The position numbers and the translations under genes were made by a program. From NCBI GenBank assembly GCA_040954595.2, contig CM082596.2, positions 10,842,454-10,906,453 of the forward strand: a stretch of 64,000 nucleotides of DNA, read 5' to 3'. Of this stretch, positions 24,701 to 35,961 are shown piece by piece; within the stretch, counting starts at the first letter, position 1; each line of letters begins with the position of its first letter. A model generated the notes under the pieces. That model had not been told where the DNA came from. It saw nothing but the letters and a program-made list of their open reading frames with translations, and made no database searches. The stretch is from Balanoglossus misakiensis. Taxonomy: Eukaryota; Animalia; Hemichordata.

Positions 24701-27700
24701 CCATTCTTTGAATTCCATTTATGATGTAAGAAATTAAATTATTTGCAATATTAATCTATCCCTTACAACATTCTGGCATAACTATTTGAATATTTGTTTT
24801 CATTCTGTAACTGTTCAACTTAAATCTTGTAGAGAATTCGTTATTCCAAAACAAAGCCTTGAAACGATACATATCCTGTTACGTGACGTTTCTTTGAATT
24901 CCATTTATGATGTAAGAAATTAAATTATTTGCAATATTAATCTATTCCTTACAACATTCCGGCATAACTCTTTCTATATTTGTTTTCATTCTGTGACTGT
25001 TCCACTTAAATCTTGTAGAGAATTCGTTATTCCAAAACAAAGCCTTGAAACTATAACATAAGTCTTTTTAGTAAAACATATCCTGTTATGTGACCATTCT
25101 TTGAATTTATTTTATGATGTAAGAAATTAATTTATTTGCAATATTAATCTATCCCTTATAACATTCCAGCATAACTCTTTCCATATTTGTTTTCATTCTG
25201 TGACTGTTCCACAGGGACAAAGTCTCTCTCTCGCTGCCCTTTTTTCCATTAATTATATTGATACAAGACACCGTTTGTTATTCTACATGTGGATATATAG
25301 TGAATGAACGTTCAACGACACACAACTTCCATCCCTCTTATAGACAGGAGAGTGAAAAAACTCGCCAGAATGAATAATCGTTCTTTACCATTTATTCATT
25401 TTGGGCGAGTTTTTACTCTCATATCATACAAGTGGGATGGAAGTTTTGTGTGGTTGATCATTGATTCACTATATATCCACATTTACATTAACATAACCAG
25501 TGTCTTGTATCAAACATAATTAATGGAAAAGGGGCAGCTGGAGAGAGACTTTGTCCCTTTGAATCTTGTAGAGAATTCGTTATTCCAAAACAAAGCCTTG
25601 TAACTATACATAAGTCTTTTTAGTAAAACATATCCTGTTATGAGACCATTCTTTGAATTCATTTTATGATGTAAGAAATTAAATTATTTGCAATATTAAT
25701 CTATCCCTTACAACATTCCAGCATAACTCTTTCCATATTTGTTTTCATTCTGTGACTGTTCCACTTAAATCCTGTAGAGAATTCGTTATTCCAAAACAAA
25801 GCCTTGAAACTATACATATTAAGTCTTTTTGTAAAACATGGCCCGTTATGTGACCATTCTTTGAATTCCATTTATGATGTAAGAAATTAAATTATTTGCA
25901 ATATTAAACTATCCCTTACAACATTCCAACATAACTATTTGAATATTTGTTTTCATTCTGTAACTGTTCAACTTAAATCTTGGAGAGAATTCGTTATTCC
26001 AAAACAAAGCCTTGAAACTATACATAAGTCTTTTTACTAAAACATGGCCCGTTATGTGACCATTCTTTGAATTCCATTGATGATATAAGAAATTAAATTA
26101 TTTGCAATATTAATCTATCCCTTACAACATTCAGGCATAACTCTTTCTATATTTGTTTTCATTCTGTGACTGTTCCACTTAAATCTTGTAGAGAATTTGG
26201 TATTTCAACACAAATTCTTGAACCTATACATAAGTCTTTTTAGTACAACATATCCTGTTATGTGACCATTATTTGAATTCCATTTATGATGTAAGAAATT
26301 AAATTGTATGCAATATTAATCTATCCCTTACAACATTTCAGCATAACTCTTTCCATATTTGTTTTCATTCTGTGACTGTTCCACTTAAATATTGTAGAGA
26401 ATTCGTTACTCCAAAACAAAGGCTTGAAACTATACATATCCTATTACGTGACCTGTCTTTGAATTCCATTTATGATGTAAGAAATTAAATTTTTTGCAAT
26501 ATTAATCTATCCCTTACAACATTCCAGCATAACTCTTTCCATATTTGTTTTCATTCTGTGACTGTTCCACTTAAATCTTGTAGAGAATTCGTTATTCCAA
26601 AACAAAGCCTTGAATCTATAACATAAGTCTTTTTAGTAAAACATATCCTGTTATGTGACCATTCTTTGAATTCATTTTATGATGTAAGAAATTAAATTAT
26701 TTGCAATATTAATCTTTCCCTTATAACATTCCAGCATAACTCTTTCCATATTTGTTTTCATTCTGTGCCTGTTCCACTTAAATCTTGTAGAGAATTCGTT
26801 ATTCCAAAACAAAGCCTTGAAACGATACATATCCTGTTACGTGACGTTTCTTTGAATTCCATTTATGATGTAAGAAATTAAATTTTTTGCAATATTAATC
26901 TATCCCTTACAACATTCCGGCATAACTCTTTCCATATTTGTTTTCATTCTGTGACTGTTCCACTTAAATCTTGTAGAGAATTCGATATTCCAAAACAAAG
27001 CCTTGAATCTATAACATAAGTCTTTTTAGTAAAACATATCCTGTTATGTGACCATTCTTTGAATTCATTTTATGATGTAAGAAATTAAATTATTTGCAAT
27101 ATTAATCTATCCCTTATAACATTCCAGCATAACTCTTTCCATATTTGTTTTCATTCTGTGACTGTTCCACTTAAATCTTGTAGAGAATTCGTTATTCCAA
27201 AACAAAGCCTTGAAACGATACATATCCTGTTACGTGACGTTTCTTTGAATTCCATTTATGATGTAAGAAATTAAATTATTTGCAATATTAATCTATTCCT
27301 TACAACATTCCGGCATAACTCTTTCCATATTTGTTTTCATTCTGTGACTGTTCCACTTAAATCTTGTAGAGAATTTGTTATTCCAAAACAAAGCCTTGAA
27401 ACTATAACATAAGTCTTTTTAGTAAAACATATCCTGTTATGTGACCATTCTTTGAATTTATTTTATGATGTAAGAAAGTAAATTATTTGCAATATTAATC
27501 TATCCCTTACAACATTCCAACATAACTATTTGAATATTTGTTTTCATTCTGTAACTGTTCATCTTAAATCTTGGAGAGAATTCGTTATTCCAAAACAAAG
27601 CCTTGAAACTATACATAAGTCTTTTTACTAAAACATGGCCCGTTATGTGACCATTCTTTGAATTCCATTGATGATATAAGAAATTAAATTATTTGCAATA

Positions 27701-30643
27701 TTAATCTATCCCTTACAACATTCAGGCATAACTCTTTCTATATTTGTTTTCATTCTGTGACTGTTCCACTTAAATCTTGTAGAGAATTTGGTATTTCAAC
27801 ACAAATTCTTGAACCTATACATAAGTCTTTTTAGTAAAACATATCCTGTTATGTGACCATTATTTGAATTCCATTTATGATGTAAGAAATTAAATAGTAT
27901 GCAATATTAATCTATCCCTTACAACATTTCAGCATAACTCTTTCCATATTTGTTTTCATTCTGTGACTGTTCCACTTAAATCTTGTAGAGAATTCGTTAC
28001 TCCAAAACAAAGGCTTGAAACTATACATATCCTGTTACGTGACCTGTCTTTGAATTCCATTTATGATGTAAGAAATTAAATTATTTGCAATATTAATCTA
28101 TCCCTTATAACATTCCAGCATAACTCTTTCCATATTTGTTTTCATTCTGTGCCTGTTCCACTTAAATCTTGTAGAGAATTCGTTATTCCAAAACAAAGCC
28201 TTGAAACGATACATATCCTGTTACGTGACGTTTCTTTGAATTCTATTTATGATGTAAGAAATTAATTTTTTTGCAATATTAATCTATCCCTTACAACATT
28301 CCGGCATAACTCTTTCCATATTTGTTTTCATTCTGTGACTGTTCCACTTAAATCTTGTAGAGAATTCGTTATTCCAAAACAAAGCCTTGAATCTATAACA
28401 TAAGTCTTTTTAGTAAAACATATCCTGTTATGTGACCATTCTTTGAATTCATTTTATGATGTAAGAAATTAAATTATTTGCAATATTAATCTATCCCTTA
28501 TAACATTCCAGCATAACTCTTTCCATATTTGTTTTCATTCTGTGACTGTTCCACTTAAATCTTGTAGAGAATTCGTTATTCCAAAACAAAGCCTTGAAAC
28601 GATACATATCCTGTTACGTGACGTTTCTTTGAATTCCATTTATGATGTAAGAAATTAAATTATTTGCAATATTAATCTATTCCTTACAACATTCTGGCAT
28701 AACTCTTTCCATATTTGTTTTCATTCTGTGACTGTTCCACTTAAATCTTGTAGAGAATTCGTTATTCCAAAACAAAGCCTTGAAACTATAACATAAGTCT
28801 TTTTAGTAAAACATATCCTGTTATGTGACCATTCTTTGAATTTATTTTATGATGTAAGAAATTAAATTATTTGCAATATTAATCTATCCCTTATAACATT
28901 CCAGCATAACTCTTTCCATATTTGTTTTCATTCTGTGACTGTTCCACTTAAATCTTGTAGAGAATTCGTTATTCCAAAACAAAGCCTTGTAACTATACAT
29001 AAGTCTTTTTAGTAAAACATATCCTGTTATGTGACCATTCTTTGAATTTATTTTATGATGTAAGAAATTACATTATTTGCAATATTAATCTATCCCTTAC
29101 AACATTCCAACATAACTATTTGAATATTTGTTTTCATTCTGTAACTGTTCAACTTAAATCTTGGAGAGAATTCGTTATTCCAAAACAAAGCCTTGAAACT
29201 ATACATAAGTCTTTTTACTAAAACATGGCCCGTTATGTGACAATTCTTTGAATTCCATTGATGATATAAGAAATTAAATTATTTGCAATATTAATCTATC
29301 CCTTACAACATTCAGGCATAACTCTTTCTATATTTGTTTTCATTCTGTGACTGTTCCACTTAAATGTTGTAGAGAATTTGGTATTTCAACACAAATTCTT
29401 GAACCTATACATAAGTCTTTTTAGTAAAACATATCCTGTTATGTGACCATTATTTGAATTCCATTTATGATGTAAGAAATTAAATTGTATGCAATATTAA
29501 TCTATCCCTTACAACATTTCAGCATAACTCTTTCCATATTTGTTTTCATTCTGTGACTGTTCCACTTAAATCTTGTAGAGAATTCGTTACTCCAAAACAA
29601 AGGCTTGAAACTATACATATCCTGTTACGTGACCTGTCTTTGAATTCCATTTATGATGTAAGAAATTAAATTTTTTGCAATATTAATCTATCCCTTACAA
29701 CATTCCAGCATAACTCTTTCCATATTTGTTTTCATTCTGTGACTGTTCCACTTAAATCTTGTAGAGAATTCGTTATTCCAAAACAAAGCCTTGAATCTAT
29801 AACATAAGTCTTTTTAGTAAAACATATCCTGTTATGTGACCATTCTTTGAATTCATTTTATGATGTAAGAAATTAAATTATTTGCAATATTAATCTATCC
29901 CTTATAACATTCCAGCATAACTCTTTCCATATTTGTTTTCATTCTGTGCCTGTTCCACTTAAATCTTGTAGAGAATTCGTTATTCCAAAACAATGCCTTG
30001 AAACGATACATATCCTGTTACGTGACGTTTCTTTGAATTCCATTTATGATGTAAGAAATTAATTTTTTTGCAATATTAATCTATCCCTTACAACATTCCG
30101 GCATAACTCTTTCCATATTTGTTTTCATTCTGTGACTGTTCCACTTAAATCTTGTAGAGAATTTGGTATTTCAACACAAATTCTTGAACCTATACATAAG
30201 TCTTTTTAGTACAACATATCCTGTTATGTGACCATTATTTGAATTCCATTTATGATGTAAGAAATTAAATTGTATGCAATATTAATCTATCCCTTACAAC
30301 ATTTCAGCATAACTCTTTCCATATTTGTTTTCATCTTGTAGAGAATTCGTTATTCCAAAACAAAGCCTTGAATCTATAAAATATGTCTTTTTAGTAAAAC
30401 ATATCCTGTTATGTGACCATTCTTTGAATTCATTTTATGATGTAAGAAATTAAATTATTTGCAATATTAATCTATCCCTTATAACATTCCAGCATAACTC
30501 TTTCCATATTTGTTTTCATTCTGTGACTGTTCCACTTAAATCTTGTAGAGAATTCGTTATTCCAAAACAAAGCCTTGAAACGATACATATCCTGTTACGT
30601 GACGTTTCTTTGAATTCCATTTATGATGTAAGAAATTAAATTA
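12752..30643. repeat. AT-rich tandem satellite, ~206-bp and ~186-bp monomers (left block)
   Basis: ttccaaaac recurs at 12752, 12958 (206 bp) and 13144 (186 bp). Typically two GAATTC sites per monomer; head-to-tail in a single orientation. Confidence 0.98.
25213..25558. mobile_element. 346-bp foldback MITE, Kolobok-like ends
   Basis: Begins agggacaaagtctctctc and ends gagagagactttgtccct. The whole body is an imperfect palindrome centred near 25385. It sits at the satellite ccac|ttaa site. Confidence 0.85.
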
Positions 30644-30744
30644 CTTGAGATCTCTCTAACACACAAAACAAGGACACAGGTTTGGCAGCTGAAGGCAAGA
30701 GCCATTATTTATTTACGTGAACTGGGGGCTCTTGCAGGCCCAAC
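30644..30744 (-). repeat. Split direct repeat B2
   Basis: 101 bp, appears identical to 31062-31162; contains AATAAA on the minus strand. Confidence 0.93.
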
Positions 30745-30892
30745 ACAACTGGGAATAACAACTCGCAATGATGAAAGGACCATTGCAAAATACATGGATG
30801 AAAAAGGTTACAATCGTGAAGTACAGTATTGACCAGAGAACCACTGTAAATCTGCAAATACACATCTTATTTGTTGAGGGCGGGCGGGTGGG

Positions 30893-31054
30893 GAAATTGA
30901 GGCAGAGAGAGCGAGCACTGCAGGACACGCTCCGAACCCTTGAAGTGGCCGTGAGTGATGGATTATGGGATTTTTGAGGCTCGTTTGAGGTTGAGGGCGC
31001 CCCTTTTCGAGTTGCTTAATTGGGTAAAATTATGCCGTTGATCACAATGTTACC
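30893..31054 (-). repeat. Split direct repeat A2
   Basis: 162 bp matching 35800-35961, with one mismatch seen (31028 a vs 35935 c). Confidence 0.93.
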
Positions 31055-31061
31055 TAAATTA

Positions 31062-31162
31062 CTTGAGATCTCTCTAACACACAAAACAAGGACACAGGTT
31101 TGGCAGCTGAAGGCAAGAGCCATTATTTATTTACGTGAACTGGGGGCTCTTGCAGGCCCAAC
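31062..31162 (-). repeat. Split direct repeat B1
   Basis: Copy of 30644-30744. Confidence 0.93.
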
Positions 31163-31206
31163 CACTGCCAAACCCGGTCCGCCTCTCTGCTAGTGCCACA
31201 GTAAAA

Positions 31207-32232
31207 TCAGTGTGACGCGGAGATGTCTTTAAGATGCTGACCCATTTGAAAGGACACCAGATAACGAGTCTGAAATGGAATGTTAAGATAACGGAGATAC
31301 GTGCTGGATTGCCAATCCCCTTGGAGTTTGATAAGCTCCCCAGGGACCCCACTTTCGAATGCAAAGGTTGCACCCCCACGACGGAGGCTGTGACCCGAGT
31401 ACATGTCAGCAGGAAAGCCTGCCCTCTGAACTAAACATTTGATACTTTTCACCAGCCCTGAATGGGTCAAGGGGACCAATTTGCCACATTTGGGAAAAAC
31501 AAATGCTGGGCTAGAGGGTGGGGCTGGGATGATCTCACACATGTGATTGTATGCCTGTAAAGGGCACAACACTGAACCTGGAATGCGGGCAAGTGGAATA
31601 GTCAAACAGCGTTCGCGAAACTGAATGGTTTTTGACCAAGTCACGCCGATTATAAGGCCAGAATCTGAGGAAATGACTTTACCCCTACAGAGGTGTTTAG
31701 CCGGATCAAAGTCGGTTGCAGACTTCGGAACAAGATTTGACTTGCGAAAAAAGGAGAAAAACCCTATCAAAAGGCATGCCCACAAAGTAACATCGAATGG
31801 AACAGCCATATCTAGAAGCCCGAAAAACTGTAGCAACAACTGGGGGGTGATGGGTAATTTCTGCCTCACTGGCTGGAAAGTGCTACGGGAAAGACCTTTC
31901 AAAAGTAATTTGACAACATACTGATCAGCGGCCAATGGCGTGAAGCCATGGATTCTATGCAAGGTACGAATTGCGTACAAATAATTCTGAATGGTGCCAG
32001 TAGCAGTTACTGATCTAGCAAGAAACTGGATAAATCTACACACTGTAAGAACAGATGCTGGAACAGGAGTAAAATTGAAAAACTGACAAAACAGGAAGTA
32101 ACTCTTCAACTGTGACGATAAATTCCGACGAGTTCCTTCCGCTAATGCTGACCTCATTGAGATAGCGATTTGAGCGTCTAAGGCTTGGATAGTTTGGCAG
32201 TGATCTGAAATAAAAATAAAATCAGTCACCAC
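31207..32232 (-). CDS. Tyrosine recombinase of element 2 (intact; probably entered by splicing at 32204)
   Basis: 341-aa frame with FFRKSNL, WSKTIQ, HSLRRGGA and GDWQSSTYLRY catalytic motifs. Confidence 0.93.
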   Translation of the reverse strand: MVTDFIFISDHCQTIQALDAQIAISMRSALAEGTRRNLSSQLKSYFLFCQFFNFTPVPASVLTVCRFIQFLARSVTATGTIQNYLYAIRTLHRIHGFTPLAADQYVVKLLLKGLSRSTFQPVRQKLPITPQLLLQFFGLLDMAVPFDVTLWACLLIGFFSFFRKSNLVPKSATDFDPAKHLCRGKVISSDSGLIIGVTWSKTIQFRERCLTIPLARIPGSVLCPLQAYNHMCEIIPAPPSSPAFVFPKCGKLVPLTHSGLVKSIKCLVQRAGFPADMYSGHSLRRGGATFAFESGVPGELIKLQGDWQSSTYLRYLNIPFQTRYLVSFQMGQHLKDISASH

Positions 32233-33540
32233 TCATTGAGAAAGCGAATGTCATCCTCAGCGACTGGGTGCTCGGTCATTTGAGAAATATTAACAGATGA
32301 TTTGAAGAGTTGCTCATAACTTGGGTCAAGATGCCAGCGACTGAGCGCATCAGCAAGCCGGTTCTCGGTGCCTGCGATGTGCACAGCACGTAGCTCAAAC
32401 TCGTGAATCGCTGCTACCAGCCATAATTCCCTCAAGCAAGACAGCATTAGTTTATCCCTAGCTCTACCGGTATTAATGACCCAAACTGTTGCCTGGTTGT
32501 CGCAAGAGACCTGTATTTTCTTTCCAGACCATCTATCACCCCAAATTTTTGCCGCTATAGTAATAGTGAGTAATTCGAGGGCATTAATGTGAGGGTCCCC
32601 AACCTTTACAAAGTCAGGGAACTCCACGTGGAAATACTCGTTGTCGCAAAGCCCCCCTCCCCCTGTTGGGCATGCATCCGAGGAAAATATTTCATCTGGC
32701 GGGCACCAACCTGACTCTTTAATGAGAGACACCCCATTATAAACCCTAATGAAATTAATCCACCACCGTAGATCTGCCTTGAAATCACTGTTTAGATAGA
32801 TATGGTAGTGATTGCGGGTGACGGTACGCAACACATCTAGCATTCTCGCCAGGAATAGCCTACCAGGCTTGACACATTTGGCAATAAAGGAAAGCTTGCC
32901 TATGAGTGATTGCAGCTCGCGCTTAGTTGCTTTTGTTTTAGTGACCCATACACCCAGCTCTTGTTCTATTTCATTAAGCCGGTCAGGAGTAACTTCCATA
33001 GTCATTGTAAGGGAGTTCAACTGGATTCCAAGAAAAGTCATGATTGATGACGGGGGCACCGCTTTGTGTTTGGCTTCTTGCAAACCCAGTCTATCCAGCG
33101 TGTCACCTAGCTCCGCAAATGCCTTGTGGGCTTTGTTGGAGGTCTCTGCACCACCGAAGTCATCAAGGTAATTAACACAGTCATACCCTTTCGTGGAATA
33201 TATATAAGAAACCGCATTAGTGGTGCGCTGGCAGGCTAGCGCTGCGGTTCGCAAGCCAAATGGCAATGTAAGGTCAAAGAACAATAAATTACGCCACGTG
33301 TAGCCCAGCAAATGGTAGTCCGCTGGATCGACTGGTATTTGCCGATAAGCTCTGCTTAAATCGCGCTTAAATAGGAGGCATCCCCTGCCCTTACGGGTCA
33401 TCATTGCAGTGAAATCATCAATGGAAGGATATTGAAGCTGAAAACTCTCCCCAAGATATTCCCCTTTGGGGATACCGTCATTTACTGAATGGTGGATTGG
33501 GGAACTAAGATCAAAGACTATACGCCGATTAACACTATCT
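32226..33540 (-). CDS. Reverse transcriptase / RNase H of element 2 (downstream of a frameshifting deletion)
   Basis: DSVNRRIVFDLS...DLSRAYRQI, LPFGLR, NYLDDFGG, SSDAC, HINALELL, SCDNQATV, ENRLADALSR. Confidence 0.92.
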
Positions 33541-35782
33541 GAATGGGGGAAGTACTGAGTGGTGTGGCAAGGGGGTTAGTTAAGAACGGACCCGCTGTAG
33601 CCCCGGCTGCGACTTCGTTAATGATCCAGTTGTCGACATGCGCCGAGTAATTTATAGCTGATGGGTGGTTTTTCACTGTAGAGTATGGCAATTCTGAGGC
33701 TGTATAGTAGACGGGCCAACCATATTGTAGGTAATCGCAGATGATTTTGTCATCATATTGCTGCAATTCGGCTCGCCAAATTGGGATTTGAAGATTAGAT
33801 GAAACGGGTATTCTGCAAAATTGAGAATTTGGTAAACCTGATTCAACAACTATGTCATGAACGGTTATAACTTCTGTTAAATCAAGGGGTGACGCTGGTG
33901 GCCATGACGACGGGGGACAGACATCCCCGCCCACGGGAGTATCTGATAACTCAGAATACTGCATATCATTGCCCAGTGGATAAGTGTCTGGAACACTGTG
34001 ATCAACAAGGGTGGGGTTGGGAGGCCCCATATTTGGAACATTTTCCACAGTAAACATATCACTAACAAAGACATCGTGGTCATCACTGATCATATCGTCA
34101 GATGAACCATGAGCGCTAATCTCACATGCAAATTCAGTGGTATCACCGACGGTATGGGCTAGTGATTCAATAGGGATTTGCTTGTCAAGATCAGTCTCAA
34201 TATCAGGTTCTATCAAATCAACTGTATGAGTTTTACAAAGGTTTTTATCAACATTATCCCTGCTAACATAGGTATCAAAACAACCTGTGTGTTCAGAGGC
34301 AACATTGGCAATGGTACATGTTACTGGCTCGTCAATCGAAAGCACTGGTTCAGAAATACTACTAGGGTTAACAATAGCATCCCGCAAAACCTCCGGGTTG
34401 CACATTGACAGGCTTCTTGAAATATCAATCTCCATGTCAGTTTGTACAGAGCGATCACACGTGTGCACTGCCTGATCTGTGATGCCCATCAATGTATAAA
34501 AGTCATTGATATTACACTCCGTGCCTGCACTTTTGACTCTATGGTTCAATTTAGGAATTAAATTGCTGTCACAGTCATGAGAGTCTTGTTTAGACTTATC
34601 TACCTCTGCTTTGCCAGAACTATCGGTCAACTTGTTGCTCTCTTGCTCTCTAAAGGCCTTATCCTTCCAGGGGCAGGCAATCTTGGGATGCTTGGCCAGG
34701 TTGTTACGCAACTTCATGCAGGCTTCACATATGTGTTTGAATGCGCAATCCTCCTTCTCGCACTTGTTACTTTGGTATTTGAAACATACATTAATTTGAT
34801 CCTTCTTTTTGGATTTGTCCGCTGTTTTATCCCGTCTGATCTCGCCGATACGCGGCAGCAAATATAGCTCTCTCAGATCTGCGGTGTCATTTGCCCATGT
34901 TCTGAGTCCTGACTCCATGTCAGAGAGGAGCGCGCCCTCGAACTTCAAAATGGCGTCCCAGGGGAACAAATTGGCGTCTTTCATAAGCGACTGTAAGTGT
35001 TGTAATCGCTGCTGTTTCTCTGTGTCACTCAAAGTAGGAAGTTGCACTATCGCGAGATTGCCTTCCACAAATTCCGCCATTGACATATCATCGAATTTTG
35101 GTGGGGCGCCCGAGAATGTCCGAGCCCTGACGAACATGTGCGGCCATAGGACGTGCTGTCGCACACGATCGGTTCTGGTGTTGAACCGCATCGATTTCAT
35201 TGATACGTTACCTGCTTTGCTCTGCGCTGCTGTGTATAAACCGGACTGTGCCAGGAGTTGGTTCGGTTGGAGGTCTTCACCGCCGCCAGCGGCCCCTGTC
35301 GCTGGTAGCCACGGACTGCCTGATGGTAACGACCACTGCAATTGTGAGTCTTCTTTCGCCATCCTCTTGAGATCGGGTAGCGTGAGTTGACTCAGGTCGT
35401 GACCTCTGGGACTTCCGCTCAAAGCGGCTGGCGGGCTGCGTTGTTCAATCTCCAGTTTCATTTCTTTTAGTTGTTTTCTTAAATTGTCTACTTCAGATTG
35501 CTCCTGCAGTCTCGCTATCTCCGCCTGCAACTTCTCTTTCTCTGACCTCACATCTTCCCCGTCAGATGAAGTGTCTTCTTCCTTGACAGGTTTGCTACAT
35601 TTCCCGCCTTTCGAACGAGCTGACGCCATTGGTACTTTGGAAAGTTTGGTGCGGGGGACCACGCGAACTTTTCGACCGGTCGATGCTCTTGTCGTAGTCT
35701 TACTGCGAGTTGCAGGTCCCTTTTTGGCGACTGGACTGGGCTCTATGCCCAAATCCAGCAGCTGTTGTTCGGCGTTCTCCAT
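33518..35782 (-). CDS. Gag fused to an acidic linker and the RT N-terminus, element 2
   Basis: 754-aa ORF with a basic N-terminus, coiled coil, zinc fingers CFKYQSNKC..C..H.C..C..H....C, then ICDYLQYGWP, NHPSA and AGPF (RT N-terminus). Confidence 0.9.
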   Translation of the reverse strand: MENAEQQLLDLGIEPSPVAKKGPATRSKTTTRASTGRKVRVVPRTKLSKVPMASARSKGGKCSKPVKEEDTSSDGEDVRSEKEKLQAEIARLQEQSEVDNLRKQLKEMKLEIEQRSPPAALSGSPRGHDLSQLTLPDLKRMAKEDSQLQWSLPSGSPWLPATGAAGGGEDLQPNQLLAQSGLYTAAQSKAGNVSMKSMRFNTRTDRVRQHVLWPHMFVRARTFSGAPPKFDDMSMAEFVEGNLAIVQLPTLSDTEKQQRLQHLQSLMKDANLFPWDAILKFEGALLSDMESGLRTWANDTADLRELYLLPRIGEIRRDKTADKSKKKDQINVCFKYQSNKCEKEDCAFKHICEACMKLRNNLAKHPKIACPWKDKAFREQESNKLTDSSGKAEVDKSKQDSHDCDSNLIPKLNHRVKSAGTECNINDFYTLMGITDQAVHTCDRSVQTDMEIDISRSLSMCNPEVLRDAIVNPSSISEPVLSIDEPVTCTIANVASEHTGCFDTYVSRDNVDKNLCKTHTVDLIEPDIETDLDKQIPIESLAHTVGDTTEFACEISAHGSSDDMISDDHDVFVSDMFTVENVPNMGPPNPTLVDHSVPDTYPLGNDMQYSELSDTPVGGDVCPPSSWPPASPLDLTEVITVHDIVVESGLPNSQFCRIPVSSNLQIPIWRAELQQYDDKIICDYLQYGWPVYYTASELPYSTVKNHPSAINYSAHVDNWIINEVAAGATAGPFLTNPLATPLSTSPIQIVLIGV

Positions 35783-35799
35783 AATAACGGTGAGAAATT

Positions 35800-35961
35800 G
35801 AAATTGAGGCAGAGAGAGCGAGCACTGCAGGACACGCTCCGAACCCTTGAAGTGGCCGTGAGTGATGGATTATGGGATTTTTGAGGCTCGTTTGAGGTTG
35901 AGGGCGCCCCTTTTCGAGTTGCTTAATTGGGTAACATTATGCCGTTGATCACAATGTTACC
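35800..35961 (-). repeat. Split direct repeat A1 (5' end)
   Basis: Copy of 30893-31054, 18 bp upstream of the gag ATG. Confidence 0.93.

Larger units (their letters stand above)
30644..35961 (-). mobile_element. Full-length Ngaro-type YR retrotransposon with split direct repeats A1-ORFs-B1-A2-B2
   Basis: A1 35800-35961, B1 31062-31162, A2 30893-31054, B2 30644-30744. Carries Gag-RT-RH and YR ORFs. TAAATTA occurs at both ends and at the internal B1/A2 junction. Confidence 0.95.

Noticed and set aside
25304-25519. 71-aa ORF in the MITE
   Set aside because: It lies within a palindrome and has no transposase motif.
33518-33545. Programmed ribosomal frameshift in element 2
   Set aside because: There is no slippery heptamer and conserved RT residues are missing, which favours a deletion.
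34809-35390. Plus-strand ORFs opposite the retroelement and transposase genes
   Set aside because: These are antisense shadows of coding frames with no recognisable motifs.
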